This document shows positions 12,318 through 22,734 of a stretch of 63,946 nt of DNA, one piece after another. The stretch comes from Gekko japonicus. Lineage: Eukaryota. The translations under genes and the position numbers were made by a program. The notes below the pieces were generated by a model. It made no database searches. It saw only the letters and a list, made by a program, of their open reading frames with translations, and was not told the DNA's origin. Positions within the stretch are counted from its first letter, which is position 1. Each line of letters opens with the position of its first letter. The stretch lies in the NCBI RefSeq assembly GCF_001447785.1, contig NW_015167060.1, forward strand, positions 1,621,402 through 1,685,347, given 5' to 3'.

Positions 12318-12413
12318 GCCCAAAAGTCTTCCACAGTGTCAAACTTGGTGACAAGTCGCAAGTTCTCCTGCCATGTCTTGCTCTTGTCGTTTTTGAAGAA
12401 CCACAAGACCCAC
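12318..12413 (-). CDS. EIF4E1B: EIF4E1B coding exon 3
   Basis: ccacag|WVLWFFKNDKSKTWQENLRLVTKFDTVEDFW(A)|gtgagt, 96 nt; holds the W43/W46/W56/W73 equivalents. Confidence 0.96.
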
Positions 12414-12933
12414 CTGTGGAGGTCAGCAGAAGGCACCATTGAATACCAGCGACAAGCACACATTCCAAACAGGCACTCAAGCTAGGTGCAACCATACCTT
12501 GGCTCAACATGCCAGGAGTCAATGCATTGCCTTTCCTAAGCAGTGGCAAGGGAGTGCTGCTGATCCATACTCAGTTCTTTATAGCATGTCTGTTCACAAA
12601 CGAATAAAGGTGAACTTGCAGGAAGTGCATGGCCAATTTTATGCACCCATCATAATCCAGTGTCTTCTCTACAGCTCCTCCCCTTGTGTGGAGAGGGGAT
12701 GAGAGAAGGTGAGGTTTCCAGGAATATTCTCCATCAGGCACAAGTCACATAGGGATGTTTCTCATGCCCGAAAGGCAAGATTGGTTAAAATGAACGTAAG
12801 GTCTATACAGCCAGTATGGTGTAGTGGTGGTGAGAGTGTCCGACTAGGTTCAAACCCCCTCTCTGTCATGGAAGCTCACTTGAGTGACCTCGTGCCAGTC
12901 ACACACATCCAGACCAACCTACTTCACGAGAGC

Positions 12934-13137
12934 AGAAAAGAGCAAGAGTCCAGTAGCACTTGAAAGGCTAACAGAACTTGTGACAGGGTATGAGCTTGTC
13001 ACTGCCCACTTCTTTAGACATAGTGAGCAGCGACTCACGAAAGCTCATACCCTGCCACAAATTTTCTTAAGTCTTTAAGGTGCTACTCTTGCTCTTTTCT
13101 CCTGCTACCGTCAGAAAAACATGGCTACCCATCTTGA
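12934..13137. mobile_element. Penelope-like element terminal palindrome (relatives ~5985-6125, 17050-17265, 23430-23530, 26955-27035, 28244-28291, 60505-60635)
   Basis: Inverted arms agaaaagagcaagagtccagtagcac...cagggtatgagctt / aagctcataccctg...gtgctactcttgctcttttct, with a partial hammerhead-like gtgagcagcgactcacGAAAgctc. Confidence 0.6.
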
Positions 13138-13352
13138 GCTGCTCCACAAGGTTTGAGGGTTTGGGGTTTTTTTATTTTATTTTTTTGCGAATAAAACAGA
13201 GATCAGGACAATGTAAACTCATTTGTGTCCCCAGTGGGGGGGGGGAAGGTGGGGTATAAATGAAGGAAATAAATACGCAGCCAGTTGAAGGTATTTAATC
13301 CCCTCAAGAAAGGTACACAGGCTGCCCCTGCCATGCCACTGGCAGTCGGGAT

Positions 13353-13559
13353 CAATGGTCCCTCTACGCCATGGAGTCTTGTGAGCAACAAAATCTACTT
13401 TGTGAGCTACTGGCATTCAAGTTGTGAGGGAGCGATCTGGCTACTGCATCAATTACTTTGCTCTGGAGCCCTCCTCCCTGCGCTAAGACAAAAATGTGTG
13501 AGCCGGAGGCTAAAAAACTGTGAGCTAGCTCACACTAACTCAGCTTAGAGGGAACACTG
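13353..13559. mobile_element. hAT MITE
   Basis: TIRs caatggtccctcta / tagagggaacactg, TSD gtcgggat / atcgggat. Confidence 0.75.
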
Positions 13560-13829
13560 ATCGGGATCAAGTATAGCTCCAGTGGAGCCAGCAGTGTTGC
13601 AGGGGCTCACTCAGACCTAACCAAGGCAACAGTGGCCATTTCCACACAGGTTTTTTGCTTAGGGCTCAGTGCTGTGGGTAAGCTCCTCCCCACTTCCTCA
13701 CAGCATCATGGTACATGTCTGTACCTCCTGGGGTTTCCTTAGCTTTTCTCCAATCTTTCCCAAACCTGCTTTGGTGCAAAGTTTTTGGGAATGATCACAG
13801 CAAAGCCTGAACAGGTGCCCTGTAGGATC

Positions 13830-14032
13830 TGCTCTGTGGCTCAGTGGCAGAGCATCTGCTTTGCATGCAGTAGGTCCCAAGTTCAGTCCCCGGCATCTCC
13901 AGTTAAAAAAGGAACAAGCAGTAGGTGATAAGACCTCTGCCTGAGACACCGGAGAGGAGCTGCCAGTCTAAGTAGATAATACTGACTTTGATGGATCAAG
14001 GGTCTGATTCAGTATAAGGCAACTTCATGTGT
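13830..14032 (+). mobile_element. tRNA-headed SINE with CR1/LF-SINE-like tail (other copies ~1425-1585, 43587-43787, degenerate 34970-35130)
   Basis: A box tggctcagtggcagagc, B box-like gttcagtcc, tail gatggatcaagggtctgattcagtataaggcaacttcatgt shared between copies. Confidence 0.7.
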
Positions 14033-14490
14033 TCCCTGTCCCACACACAACATATTGCCTTAGTGAAATAGGCTAGAGACTTTTAAAAGTGATTGCTGGA
14101 AATTCACAGATTGTTATCACATGTTGATGTTGCAACATCTAGTTGCTGCTTTTTGAAACAACTGTTAAAAGCGCCGGAGTGTGGGGGGGATTAGCTGCTG
14201 CCAGGGGACTGGGGCAGGAACGCTGTGGGGAAATCAGCCACGTGGAAGCCCTGTGGCCACTGCACTGTATTTGCACCAGCAGCACGGAAATTACATAGAC
14301 CAGTCTCCATGTGGAATGGAACAATGATTGGTGTAGACCATTACCCACTTCCCCCTCTGTACTGCCAGCCATTGGGAGAAAGCCAAGCTTCCGCAGTGTA
14401 GCCCTGGCCTCCTCCCTAAGCAGCTTCTAGGGTAGAGAACTGGCCCCGAGGAAGTCTCATCCCACTAGTTAGATGGCAGAGCAAGAGCAT

Positions 14491-14680
14491 TATACTGGTA
14501 AAGAGGTAAAGGAAAATGTTACCATCATTCCTTTTGGAAACAATTCTACGCAACACATCTAGGGGATCCTCAGGATGATTTCAGGTGGGATATGCCTATA
14601 CTGGTAAAAGAGGTAAAGGAAAATGTTACCATCATGTTTGAAGACCTAACCCTTTTGGAAACAATTCTACGCAACACATC
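14491..14680. repeat. Local direct duplication (~70 bp, 14491-14560 vs 14597-14680)
   Basis: tatactggtaaa(a)gaggtaaaggaaaatgttaccatcat ... ccttttggaaacaattctacgcaacacatct twice; the second copy has ~15 extra bp. Confidence 0.88.
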
Positions 14681-15862
14681 TGGGATTTGTACTAGTGTCA
14701 GGATTTCTTTTCCACAGCAGAGGTCATTCAAGAGGTATACAGTGGCATGTCAAGCATTTCTTGAAAGCAAGCGAAGAGTTTCTTGGCAACATATATCTGC
14801 TGAGTCACACACTCTTCTCTGGTCACATTTGGAAGCATATAATCAGAACACTTCAGGTTAGCAAGAAAAATGGCCATTAAACCAGGAAAATTAAGAATGC
14901 AAAATTGCATTGGGGAGGGCTATAAAATCAGTCTGATTCTCAAAGTGGCAAATCCTGTAGATACTTAAATTCACGGACTGGAGGCTTGAATATACAAGAC
15001 AAATCTTTCCACAAAGCTGAAAAAGGCCCAAGTCTACCCAAAAAAACCCAAAAAAACCCACCTTGAAAGTTTAAGAAAAAAGCCTGGCAGTTCACCCCTC
15101 TACAGAATAGAAGCAGCGCCTGTAGCTTTAAGAAACAACTGTTCTCAGTGGCCTTTGTTGGGCAACCATGCCTATCTACAAGCCTTGATTTCTGTCAGTG
15201 GAAGGCAAGGGGTGGGGGCAGGGCCCTTTCCTGTGCTCTTTTGGCCTTTGAGGGAAGACCCATCGCGGTAGGCCTAGCTACCAGGCAACTTGCAGGACTC
15301 ACCAGGCCTGGCTGCTTGCTAATGTTCAACAGTCGCCACCCGCAAAAGCCAATGTTGTGCAGTGGTTAGAGTTCAAGAACAGGATCCAGGTGTGAATTCT
15401 CAGTCTGCCATGAGAGCTCACTGGGTGACTTTGGGCCAGTCATGTGTTCTTAGCCTAACCTACCTAACAGAGGAGAGGAGAACTGCGTGAACTGCTTTGG
15501 GATTGTGGAGAAAGGCAGAGTATAAATGAAGTAAATAAAGAGTAAACATACCTGAAGATGGGGAAGCAGATAAAAGGTAGCTTGATTGGTGGGCAAGAAG
15601 GAGAGAAGGAAGCAGAGAAAGATGATATGGGGGTTGCCAGGAGGAAGGAAAGAGGAAATAGTGTGGGGAGGAAGAAGCAAGGGAAATCAAGGTGCCCCTG
15701 CAAGCCCTTGTGGTGCCCCACTGTGCAACTGGCCTCAGCAGCTGCGGCTACACAATCAGGCCATAGTCTTCCCATGTAGAGGCTGCAAGGAGAAGGGATG
15801 GGGTGAAAGCTAAAGATGGGGGGCAGACAGTGGTAGGTTGGCTGGTGGATGGGAAGAAGGAG

Positions 15863-16143
15863 AGAAGAGAAGACGAAGAGATTGGATTTATATCCCTCCC
15901 TTCACTACCCGAAGGGGTCTCAGAGCAGCTTACAGTCTCCTTCCCCTTCCCGTCCCCACAACAGACACCCTATGGGGTAGGTGGGGCTGAGAGAGCTCTC
16001 CCGAGAACTGGTCTTGAGAGAACAGCTCTGAGAGGACAGTGACTGACCCAAGGTCACGCCAGCAGCTGCATGTGGAGGAGTGGGGAATCAAACCCGGTTC
16101 TCCCAGATTAGAGTCCACGCTCCTAACCACTACACCAAACTGG
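15863..16143 (-). mobile_element. Squam3-like SINE
   Basis: Reverse complement of the 11290 family. Confidence 0.8.
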
Positions 16144-16449
16144 GGGGTGGGAGAGGGCAAATAAAAGGCAGGTTGGTGGGTGAGAGTGAGAGAAGGAAGC
16201 AGGGGAAGGTATGGGCACTGCCAGGAGGAAATAGTGTGAGGAGGGCGGTACAAGGGAAAGGGAGATACTGCCTGTGAATCCTTTTGGGTTCCCCATTGTG
16301 AACTGGGCCTGGTGGCCTGCATTGTACAATCCAGCCATAGTTTTCCTGGATAAGGGCTGCCAGGGAGAGTGAGTAGGAAAGCTGATGATGGGGTGGGAGG
16401 GGCAGAGAAAGGTAGATGGGGGGGAGCAGAAAGCTGGGATAGACTATGG

Positions 16450-16482
16450 NNNNNNNNNNNNNNNNNNNNNNNNNNNNNNNNN
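16450..16482. other. Assembly gap (33 N)
   Basis: Run of N. Confidence 1.
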
Positions 16483-16586
16483 AGACCAGATGAGATGCCC
16501 CCTGCAAGTCCTTCTGGGCCACCTCCTTCTCTGGTCACATTTGAGGTATAAATGCAGCAGAATACCTTCCACTGTTCAGCTAGTAC

Positions 16587-16675
16587 CTATTCTGGAGAGG
16601 ATGTTTCCTGAAGCGTTCCAAAGTCACCTCCTCTCTCCTGGTCTTGTGTTTTCGCTGCTCTTCCCGTGCACTTGC
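16587..16675 (-). CDS. EIF4E1B: EIF4E1B coding exon 2
   Basis: tgtcag|ASAREEQRKHKTRREEVTLERFRKHPLQN(R)|gtacta, 89 nt; contains the KHPLQNR motif that begins the eIF4E core, after a basic N-terminus. Confidence 0.9.
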
Positions 16676-17313
16676 CTGACATTTGAATGAGTGGATAACA
16701 AATATTATGTCAAAACAAGGATGATAAAAACAAAAACAAACAGAAAGACTGTCCCTGCAGTCACAGTAAGTCAGGGAGGAGAAAACTAGAGGTACTTACA
16801 TTAGTGTTGGCTGGCACCCTTCTTTAATGGCAAAACAAGAGTGTTTTGGATATAAGCTTTACAACTAGCAAAAAAACCCCTAAGCAATAAGCCTCCAAAA
16901 CACTCTCCATTCCAAGGGAAAGCATGCCTTCTCAGAAAAAGAGAAAAAGAGCCCACCCCCAGTTTTGCTTTTCCTCTGAAAAGTACAGCAACTAAAACTG
17001 TTCAGAGCCTTATTCCCCTCCCACCCAAAAAGAGCTGGCAGTACCTGTCAGAGAAAAAACAAAACAAGCTTTGTAGCATTTTAAGGGCAAGCACACTTTT
17101 ATTCCTGCATAAGTGATTGTGGACTAGCACCTGCTTCCTCAAATACATCTGAGAAAAGGGGGTTCAATCCACAAGAACTTCCGCTAGAATAAAAATGTGC
17201 TGGTCAAGTGTTGCAAAGCGCTTGTTTTGGCTGCAAATAACTAACACAGCTACTCCTCTGGAATTCATACTTTTATTTACTTTGTTTATAGTCCACCTTT
17301 CTCACTAAGACTC

Positions 17314-17648
17314 TGTTGGAAAAGGCAAATGTCTGGTGTACAAAGACGAAGAGAAGACCCTGCAGGAGGCTGCAAGAAGACAATTAGATAGGATAGTGAG
17401 GTCAGCGCCTTCTCTCTCCTGTTAAGTGTCATTCCTCGCCTGTCTCCAGATTGCTACTCTTAGGGCAATTTCCCCCTTCTTCTCAGAAGTGCCACACTCA
17501 GTCTTACCCTCTCTCTCAGCTAGAGATGTCATTTGGAACCTCTCTCTGTCTCTCCTCTTTCCTATCAAGTATATTAATTCCTAAATAAACCTTTATCTAC
17601 TCTTTAATCAGGTTTTGTGCCACTGCTGCATCAATTACTCTGCCAACA
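17314..17648 (+). mobile_element. Solo LTR (335 bp)
   Basis: TGTTGG...CCAACA inverted termini, TSD gactc/gactg, AATAAA at 17584; it splits a LINE 3'-end motif (ctcactaagactc|...aaggcagatt). Confidence 0.7.
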
Positions 17649-17810
17649 GACTGAAGGCAGATTTTATGAAAAAGCTGAGACACTACGTGAAAAGGTGAAA
17701 CTACGTTAAGGGGCAGGATACTGTGGCAATGCTCTCAGGGAAAACAGAGCTAATAAGGGGGAGTCTCCATCCTAGGACTTATCAGGAAAGGGACTGAAAA
17801 TAAAACAGAC

Positions 17811-18775
17811 ATTATTGCAATGCCCTTGTATAGAGCTATAGTACAGCCACATTTGGAATACTGTGTGCCAAGCCAGAAGAAATATGAAGGAGGGCAAGGG
17901 AAAGGGTAAAGGTTCCCTTGCTCAAAAGCCAGTCGAGTCCAACTCTAGGGTTGCAGTGCTCATCTCCGTTTCAAAGCCGAAGAGCCAGCGCTGTCTGAAG
18001 ATGTTTCCGTGGTCATGTGGCCAGCATGACTAAACACCAAGGCGCACGGAACGCTGTTACCTTCCCACCAAAGTGGTACCTATTTATCTACTTGCGATTT
18101 CTTGCTTTCGAACTGCTAGGTTGGCAGGAGCTGGAACTAGAGACGGGAGCTCACTCCGTCATGCGGCACACTCGGGTCTCGAACTGCTGAACTACTGACC
18201 TTCCACAGCCTGCAGTTCAGCATCTTAACCACTTGAGCCACCGCAGCTCCATCTGAAGAAGGGCAAACAAGACAATTAAAGGGTTGGAGCACCTTTCCTA
18301 TGAGGAAAGGCTAGAGAGTCAAAAAAGACAGTTGGGGGGGGGCATGATAGAGGTTTATAAAATTTTACATGCTCAGGAATGAAGGAACTTTTTCTCCCTC
18401 TCCCATAATATTAGAACTCAGTGGCACCCAATAAAGTTGTTGAGTAAAAGTTTCAAGACAGACAAAGGGGAGTATTTATTTACTCAACAAGTACTCCAAC
18501 TGTGGAATTCACTGCCAGTGAAGGCAGTGATGGTCACAAGCAGATAGCTAGCTTTAGAGGAGGGTTGGACAGATTGAGGGAGGAGAGGCCATCAATGGTG
18601 ACTGAAAGGCCCTTCCATCTATGGAGGCAGCAAGCTCCTGAATGCCAGTGCTAGGAGGCAACAGCAGCAGGGGAGCCTCTATGCCCTGTTTGTTTGGCCC
18701 TCCAGGGCAACTGGTTGGCTGCTGCGTGAAACACCATGTTGGACCAGAGAGACCAGCATTCTGATACAGGTGAGT
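17811..18775 (+). mobile_element. CR1 LINE 3' relic (split by a Sauria SINE)
   Basis: Encodes PLYRAIVQPHLEYCV and LEHLSYEERL, typical CR1 ORF2 C-terminal motifs, followed by a CR1-type 3'UTR. Confidence 0.75.
17898..18250 (-). mobile_element. Sauria SINE, full length, inserted in a CR1 relic
   Basis: (ACCTTT)n-type tail read as aagggtaaagg; Sauria body; tRNA-like head; near-perfect 16-bp TSD atatgaaggagggcaa / atctgaagaagggcaa. Confidence 0.88.
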
Positions 18776-19136
18776 CACGGCATGTTTTAATTTCAAGCAA
18801 TCTACTATTTTTCCCAAACAGATACAGAAGTCCAAGTCACTTCTTTAAAATATGTATAACCCTTCTTTCTCCTAACCATTAGTACTCAAAGTGATTTACA
18901 ACAAAAAGGAGAGCCCCATCACACAGCAGAATTAAAAAAATACACAGATGAAAAGCTATTCACAGCAAACACTGCACAAACCACAAAGGCTGCTGTTGAC
19001 CCACACCAAATGCCCTGAATAATTCAGCTTTATATGGTTTCTTACGAAATGAAAGGATGAGTACTGTCTTTGTGCATTAAAAATAAAGACCACTCCACAG
19101 TAAAAGCCAAGCCTACACAGCATCTGTTCTTCTCAC

Positions 19137-19154
19137 CTGCCTGGAGATTGGCAT
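19137..19154 (-). CDS. EIF4E1B: EIF4E1B probable first coding exon (MPISRQ; exon 19137-19167)
   Basis: Acceptor ttattctccaaag, ATG at 19154-19152, 18 coding nt ending CAG|gtgaga in phase 0, in frame with the next exon. An 18-nt first coding segment mirrors EIF4E exon 1 (MATVEP). Kozak context is weak. Confidence 0.6.
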
Positions 19155-20904
19155 ATACCCCCAAAGCCTTTGGAGAATAACATTGCCAGAAACAATACAA
19201 GGGATACCTAATTCTGAAGCTGTTTTTTTGTTTTTCCTGATGGGGCTCTTCTGCCTTTAATAGCTTAGGTGTACACAAGAAAATCAGGAAATGAAGGTCC
19301 TCTCCCCCTCAGTCATGCAATGTACTAGGCGCCTTTCTGAAAGGAAGACTGAAAACTATAGGCAGTCCTCCTATATGGAGAAGGCAGTTTGAACAAGCAT
19401 AGTTTCTCTTACCTTCAGAGGCCACAGAGGGAAATTGGCTATCCTACCAGGGGTAGGCTCATTAAATCTAATCCCACCCCCTGCATACCCATCCGCCCAG
19501 CCTCAGCAAAATACAGCCCAGGTCAGTGTATATTTTACATCTCCCCACAGAACAGCAGCTTGAGTGCAAAAAACCAAAAACAGAACCACTCTACTAATCT
19601 AACCTCACCTTTCTTCTTCCTCAAGGTCAATAAAGCCTCTGAAAGTTTAAAGAAAGGATTTAATAATTCCCAAAACCAACAGCTGTGAGTCATAGGTGGA
19701 GGCAGAAAAGAGATACTCACCATCTCCACTGCTACTCTCCTAGACAATGAAGACAACAACCCATCCCCCTTCAGCTCTCCTTTTATCCCAAAGGCCCCTT
19801 TCAGAAGCACCTTTAACCCGGAAGAAGCCTCACTTATTAAAGCCCCAGGCCTTCCTTTTTTCCTCCCTTCAAAGACCAAACTTCTGTCTCCCCTTACTAG
19901 ACAGAGCACAACAGTTAGGCAAAAATGTGCCCACAGAAGGAAATTTGCTTGTGGAACGTAGTCACTTTTGCCATGTTCTTTTTTAAATCAAAAAGAAAGG
20001 ATGTCAGAGACTATCCCAAAGGGTTTGCATAATCTACATATTCAGGCGACTGGCCTGGTGTGCAGAAAATGTGACACTGCCAAAAGAAAAAGACACACAC
20101 ACCCCATAGCCAGATGAGGACTGAGTTTGGGGAGAAGAAATGGAAAGTTGGCCCTAAATCCAATTCAAGGAGAAACGGGGGAGGAGAACTGCTTAAGCCT
20201 CTTAGTATCCTGGAATCACAGAGATTGGTGGTAGAGATTTCCAAGCTGTGCCCCCTTCCATAATTCCTTGTGAGCCCTGCCTTGTTTTAGAACATAAGAA
20301 GCACCTGAAAACTGTAGCTGTGGATGGATTGCCATGAGACAGGGAATGGCCTGTTTTGCAACCTCTGCCGAAACAGCACTTACCCTGTAAAAATAGGCCA
20401 TTTTTTTAGCTAGACTGCAACCCCTGTGTTCTGAATGAAATGCTTGTCATAAGGCAACATCAGAATGTCCCAGAGGTCCCATTATGCAACAGAGTGTTCT
20501 AAGGAGACTATTTCTAGAAAAATGCCTACCTTTCCACCCAGACTTTTATTAATGTTTCCATGAAAGCCTGTTTTTATTTAATTCTGAAAAATAAAATAAT
20601 TTCATTCCAGATTGTCTTGGTCATGTTTTCTGGCAAGCCTAGGAGGCTTTTAACAGCTGCACAATAGGCAATTATTCAGTAGGTGAAGCTTTCCCCCATC
20701 ATTGCTTCTCCATTGGGAAAATACTTCATCTGTTGAATTTCCACATGACATGCAGCTGTAAATGCACAGGAGTCATGCCAGAAAAAAGCAGCTCCCTTTG
20801 TTTCAACTGTTTATAAAGAAGTAAGTAGTAATGAGATCAGAAATAATCCAAAGAGTTTTACTGCTCAATACAGTCCTGATACAGTGACCAGGACCAAGGT
20901 CACT

Positions 20905-20993
20905 TACAGTGCTATCCTAAACAGAGTTAAACCCTTCTAAACCCATTGATATCAGTTGGCTTAGGTAGGTGTGACTCTGTTTAGAATTACATT
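20905..20993. repeat. ~90-bp palindromic MITE (second copy ~36408-36495)
   Basis: acagtgctatcctaaacagagtt...actctgtttagaattacattgt hairpin; present twice. Confidence 0.65.
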
Positions 20994-21093
20994 GTTGGTG
21001 AGCATTAAGGGATTAATCACTCCTAACAAAAGACCACATGGGCTCTCAGTTCCTTTTCATGTGGAATGAAGGCATTTCTACTTTACACAGATA

Positions 21094-21296
21094 TAGTGAT
21101 GCCAACCTCCAGGTGGGACCTGGGGATCCCCTGGAATTACAGCTCATCTCCAGAATATAGATATCCGCTCCCCTAGAGAAAGTGGATGCTTTGGAGGGTG
21201 GACTCTATGGCCTTGCACCCCACTGAGGTCCCTGTCCCTCTCCAGGCTCCATCCTTAAATCTCCAGGATTTTCCCTACCTGGGTCTGGCAACCCTA
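21094..21296. mobile_element. Older hAT MITE of the TAGGGTTGCCA group (relatives ~5700-5872, 23089-23299, 27985-28228)
   Basis: Ends tagtgatgcca / tggcaacccta, perfect TSD cacagata; shared body ctggaattacagctcatctccag...ggatgctttggagggtggactct. Confidence 0.8.
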
Positions 21297-21538
21297 CACA
21301 GATATGTGCTAAATGGGACCTTGTTAATGAACCCCCCAGATGTATTTGCACCACAGTTGATCCTAAATTGGTTGAACGGACTAGAGATATAGCGTTAAAG
21401 AATGATTACAATTATTTCGGATAAATTTTAAATACTGCAGTGGCTTACTTAAGAATTTGTTCTGTTGGTGTATATTAAGTGCTTTTTTGCCCATTCAGAA
21501 TCTTCACAGATATTGCATTCATGTATATTATTCATTTT

Positions 21539-21889
21539 GGAGCTGCGGTGGCTCAAGTGGTTAAGACGCTGAACTGCAGGCTGTGGAAGGTCGGTAGTTC
21601 AGCAGTTCGAGATCTGAGTTGCCGCATGACGGAGTGAGCTCCTGTCTCTAGTTCCAGCTCCTGCCAACCTAGCAGTTCAAAAGCAAGAAATTGCAAATAG
21701 ATAAGTAGGCACCACTTTGGTGGGAAGGTAACAGCATTCCGTGCGCCTTGGTGTTTAGTCATGCCGGTCACATGACCACGGAAACGTCTTCGGACAGCGC
21801 TGGCTCTTCGGCTTTGAAACGGAGATGAGCACCGCAACCCTAGAGTCGGATTCGACTGGCTTTCGAGCAAGGGAACCTTTACCTTTACC
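21539..21889 (+). mobile_element. Sauria SINE, full length
   Basis: Head ggagctgcggtggctcaagtgg, tail acctttacctttacc, TSD tatattattcatt. Confidence 0.9.
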
Positions 21890-22426
21890 TATATTATTCA
21901 TTAGGGAAGGCCCTGACAGCCTGCATCTTGACAAGCTCAGTTCAGCCTGCTGGCGATGAATGGCCCTAAGCCTCCTGGTTTTTTTGCTGCCTCTTTGGGG
22001 GCAAACTTGGTGATCAGGGCAAACTGGCATTGCCATTTAACTGATCCCAATTGTTTCCTCCCCCCACAGGGCAAAACATACAAGCATGTTTCTGTGTGCT
22101 TTCTCGGCCAGAGCAAACAGCAGCTCTGAGGCAAGGATGGGGCAGCAACTGATGCTGGGAGAACTGTACCCTGATCATCCAAATCTGAGGCTTCTTGGGC
22201 TAAGTTTAGCTCTTTTAAAAACCTGTGGAAGCTCCTAATCATGTCCTCAATACGCTGGCTTGCTGGATCACACTGTGCAGGCCCTGCATTAAGAGACAGG
22301 GTAGGATTCAAAAACAGCCCCCTCAGGTTCCCAACACAAACTTCATGCTAGCTTTTATTAGGAAGCTGTAATTGCTTCTTGAAGTTATTAGGGGTACATT
22401 GATGTGCCATGCTTTGAAAAGCACAG

Positions 22427-22734
22427 TGTAATGTATCCAGCTCGGACCGCGTGGCCAGCTTGGGCTCCACACGGTCAAGCGCAAACGTCGAGCTTTGCTC
22501 AAGGAAACAATTAACTAAGCGGATCCTGGCCCGCACCTATCAGAGGGCTAGGTTCCCGGCCGAGAGCCTATGGAACTCTCAGCCACTGTAAATAACCTAT
22601 TGTGATGTGGGGGTGTGTTCTGGGTGGTGGTTTCACGGGGAATATAAGCCGGCCTGCGAGCCGGCTAAAGTGCTCTTGTTCCTCACTAATAAAGTATGTT
22701 AGCTGAAATCACTCGCCTATCTGCGTACTTTTCA
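22427..22734 (+). mobile_element. Solo LTR (308 bp), young
   Basis: TG...CA ends (TGTAATGTA / TACTTTTCA), perfect 5-bp TSD CACAG, TATA-like aatataag at 22641, AATAAA at 22688, many intact CpGs. Confidence 0.75.

Noticed and set aside
15093-15112. Plus-strand TPLQNR resembling the eIF4E HPLQNR motif
   Set aside because: Wrong strand, inside a repeat, no flanking similarity; the true motif is in exon 16587-16675.
16800-16821. Possible extra 22-nt EIF4E1B micro-exon (ttaaag|...aat|gtaagt)
   Set aside because: Perfect donor, but the acceptor is weak and inclusion introduces an in-frame TAA; at best a poison exon, not supportable without reads.
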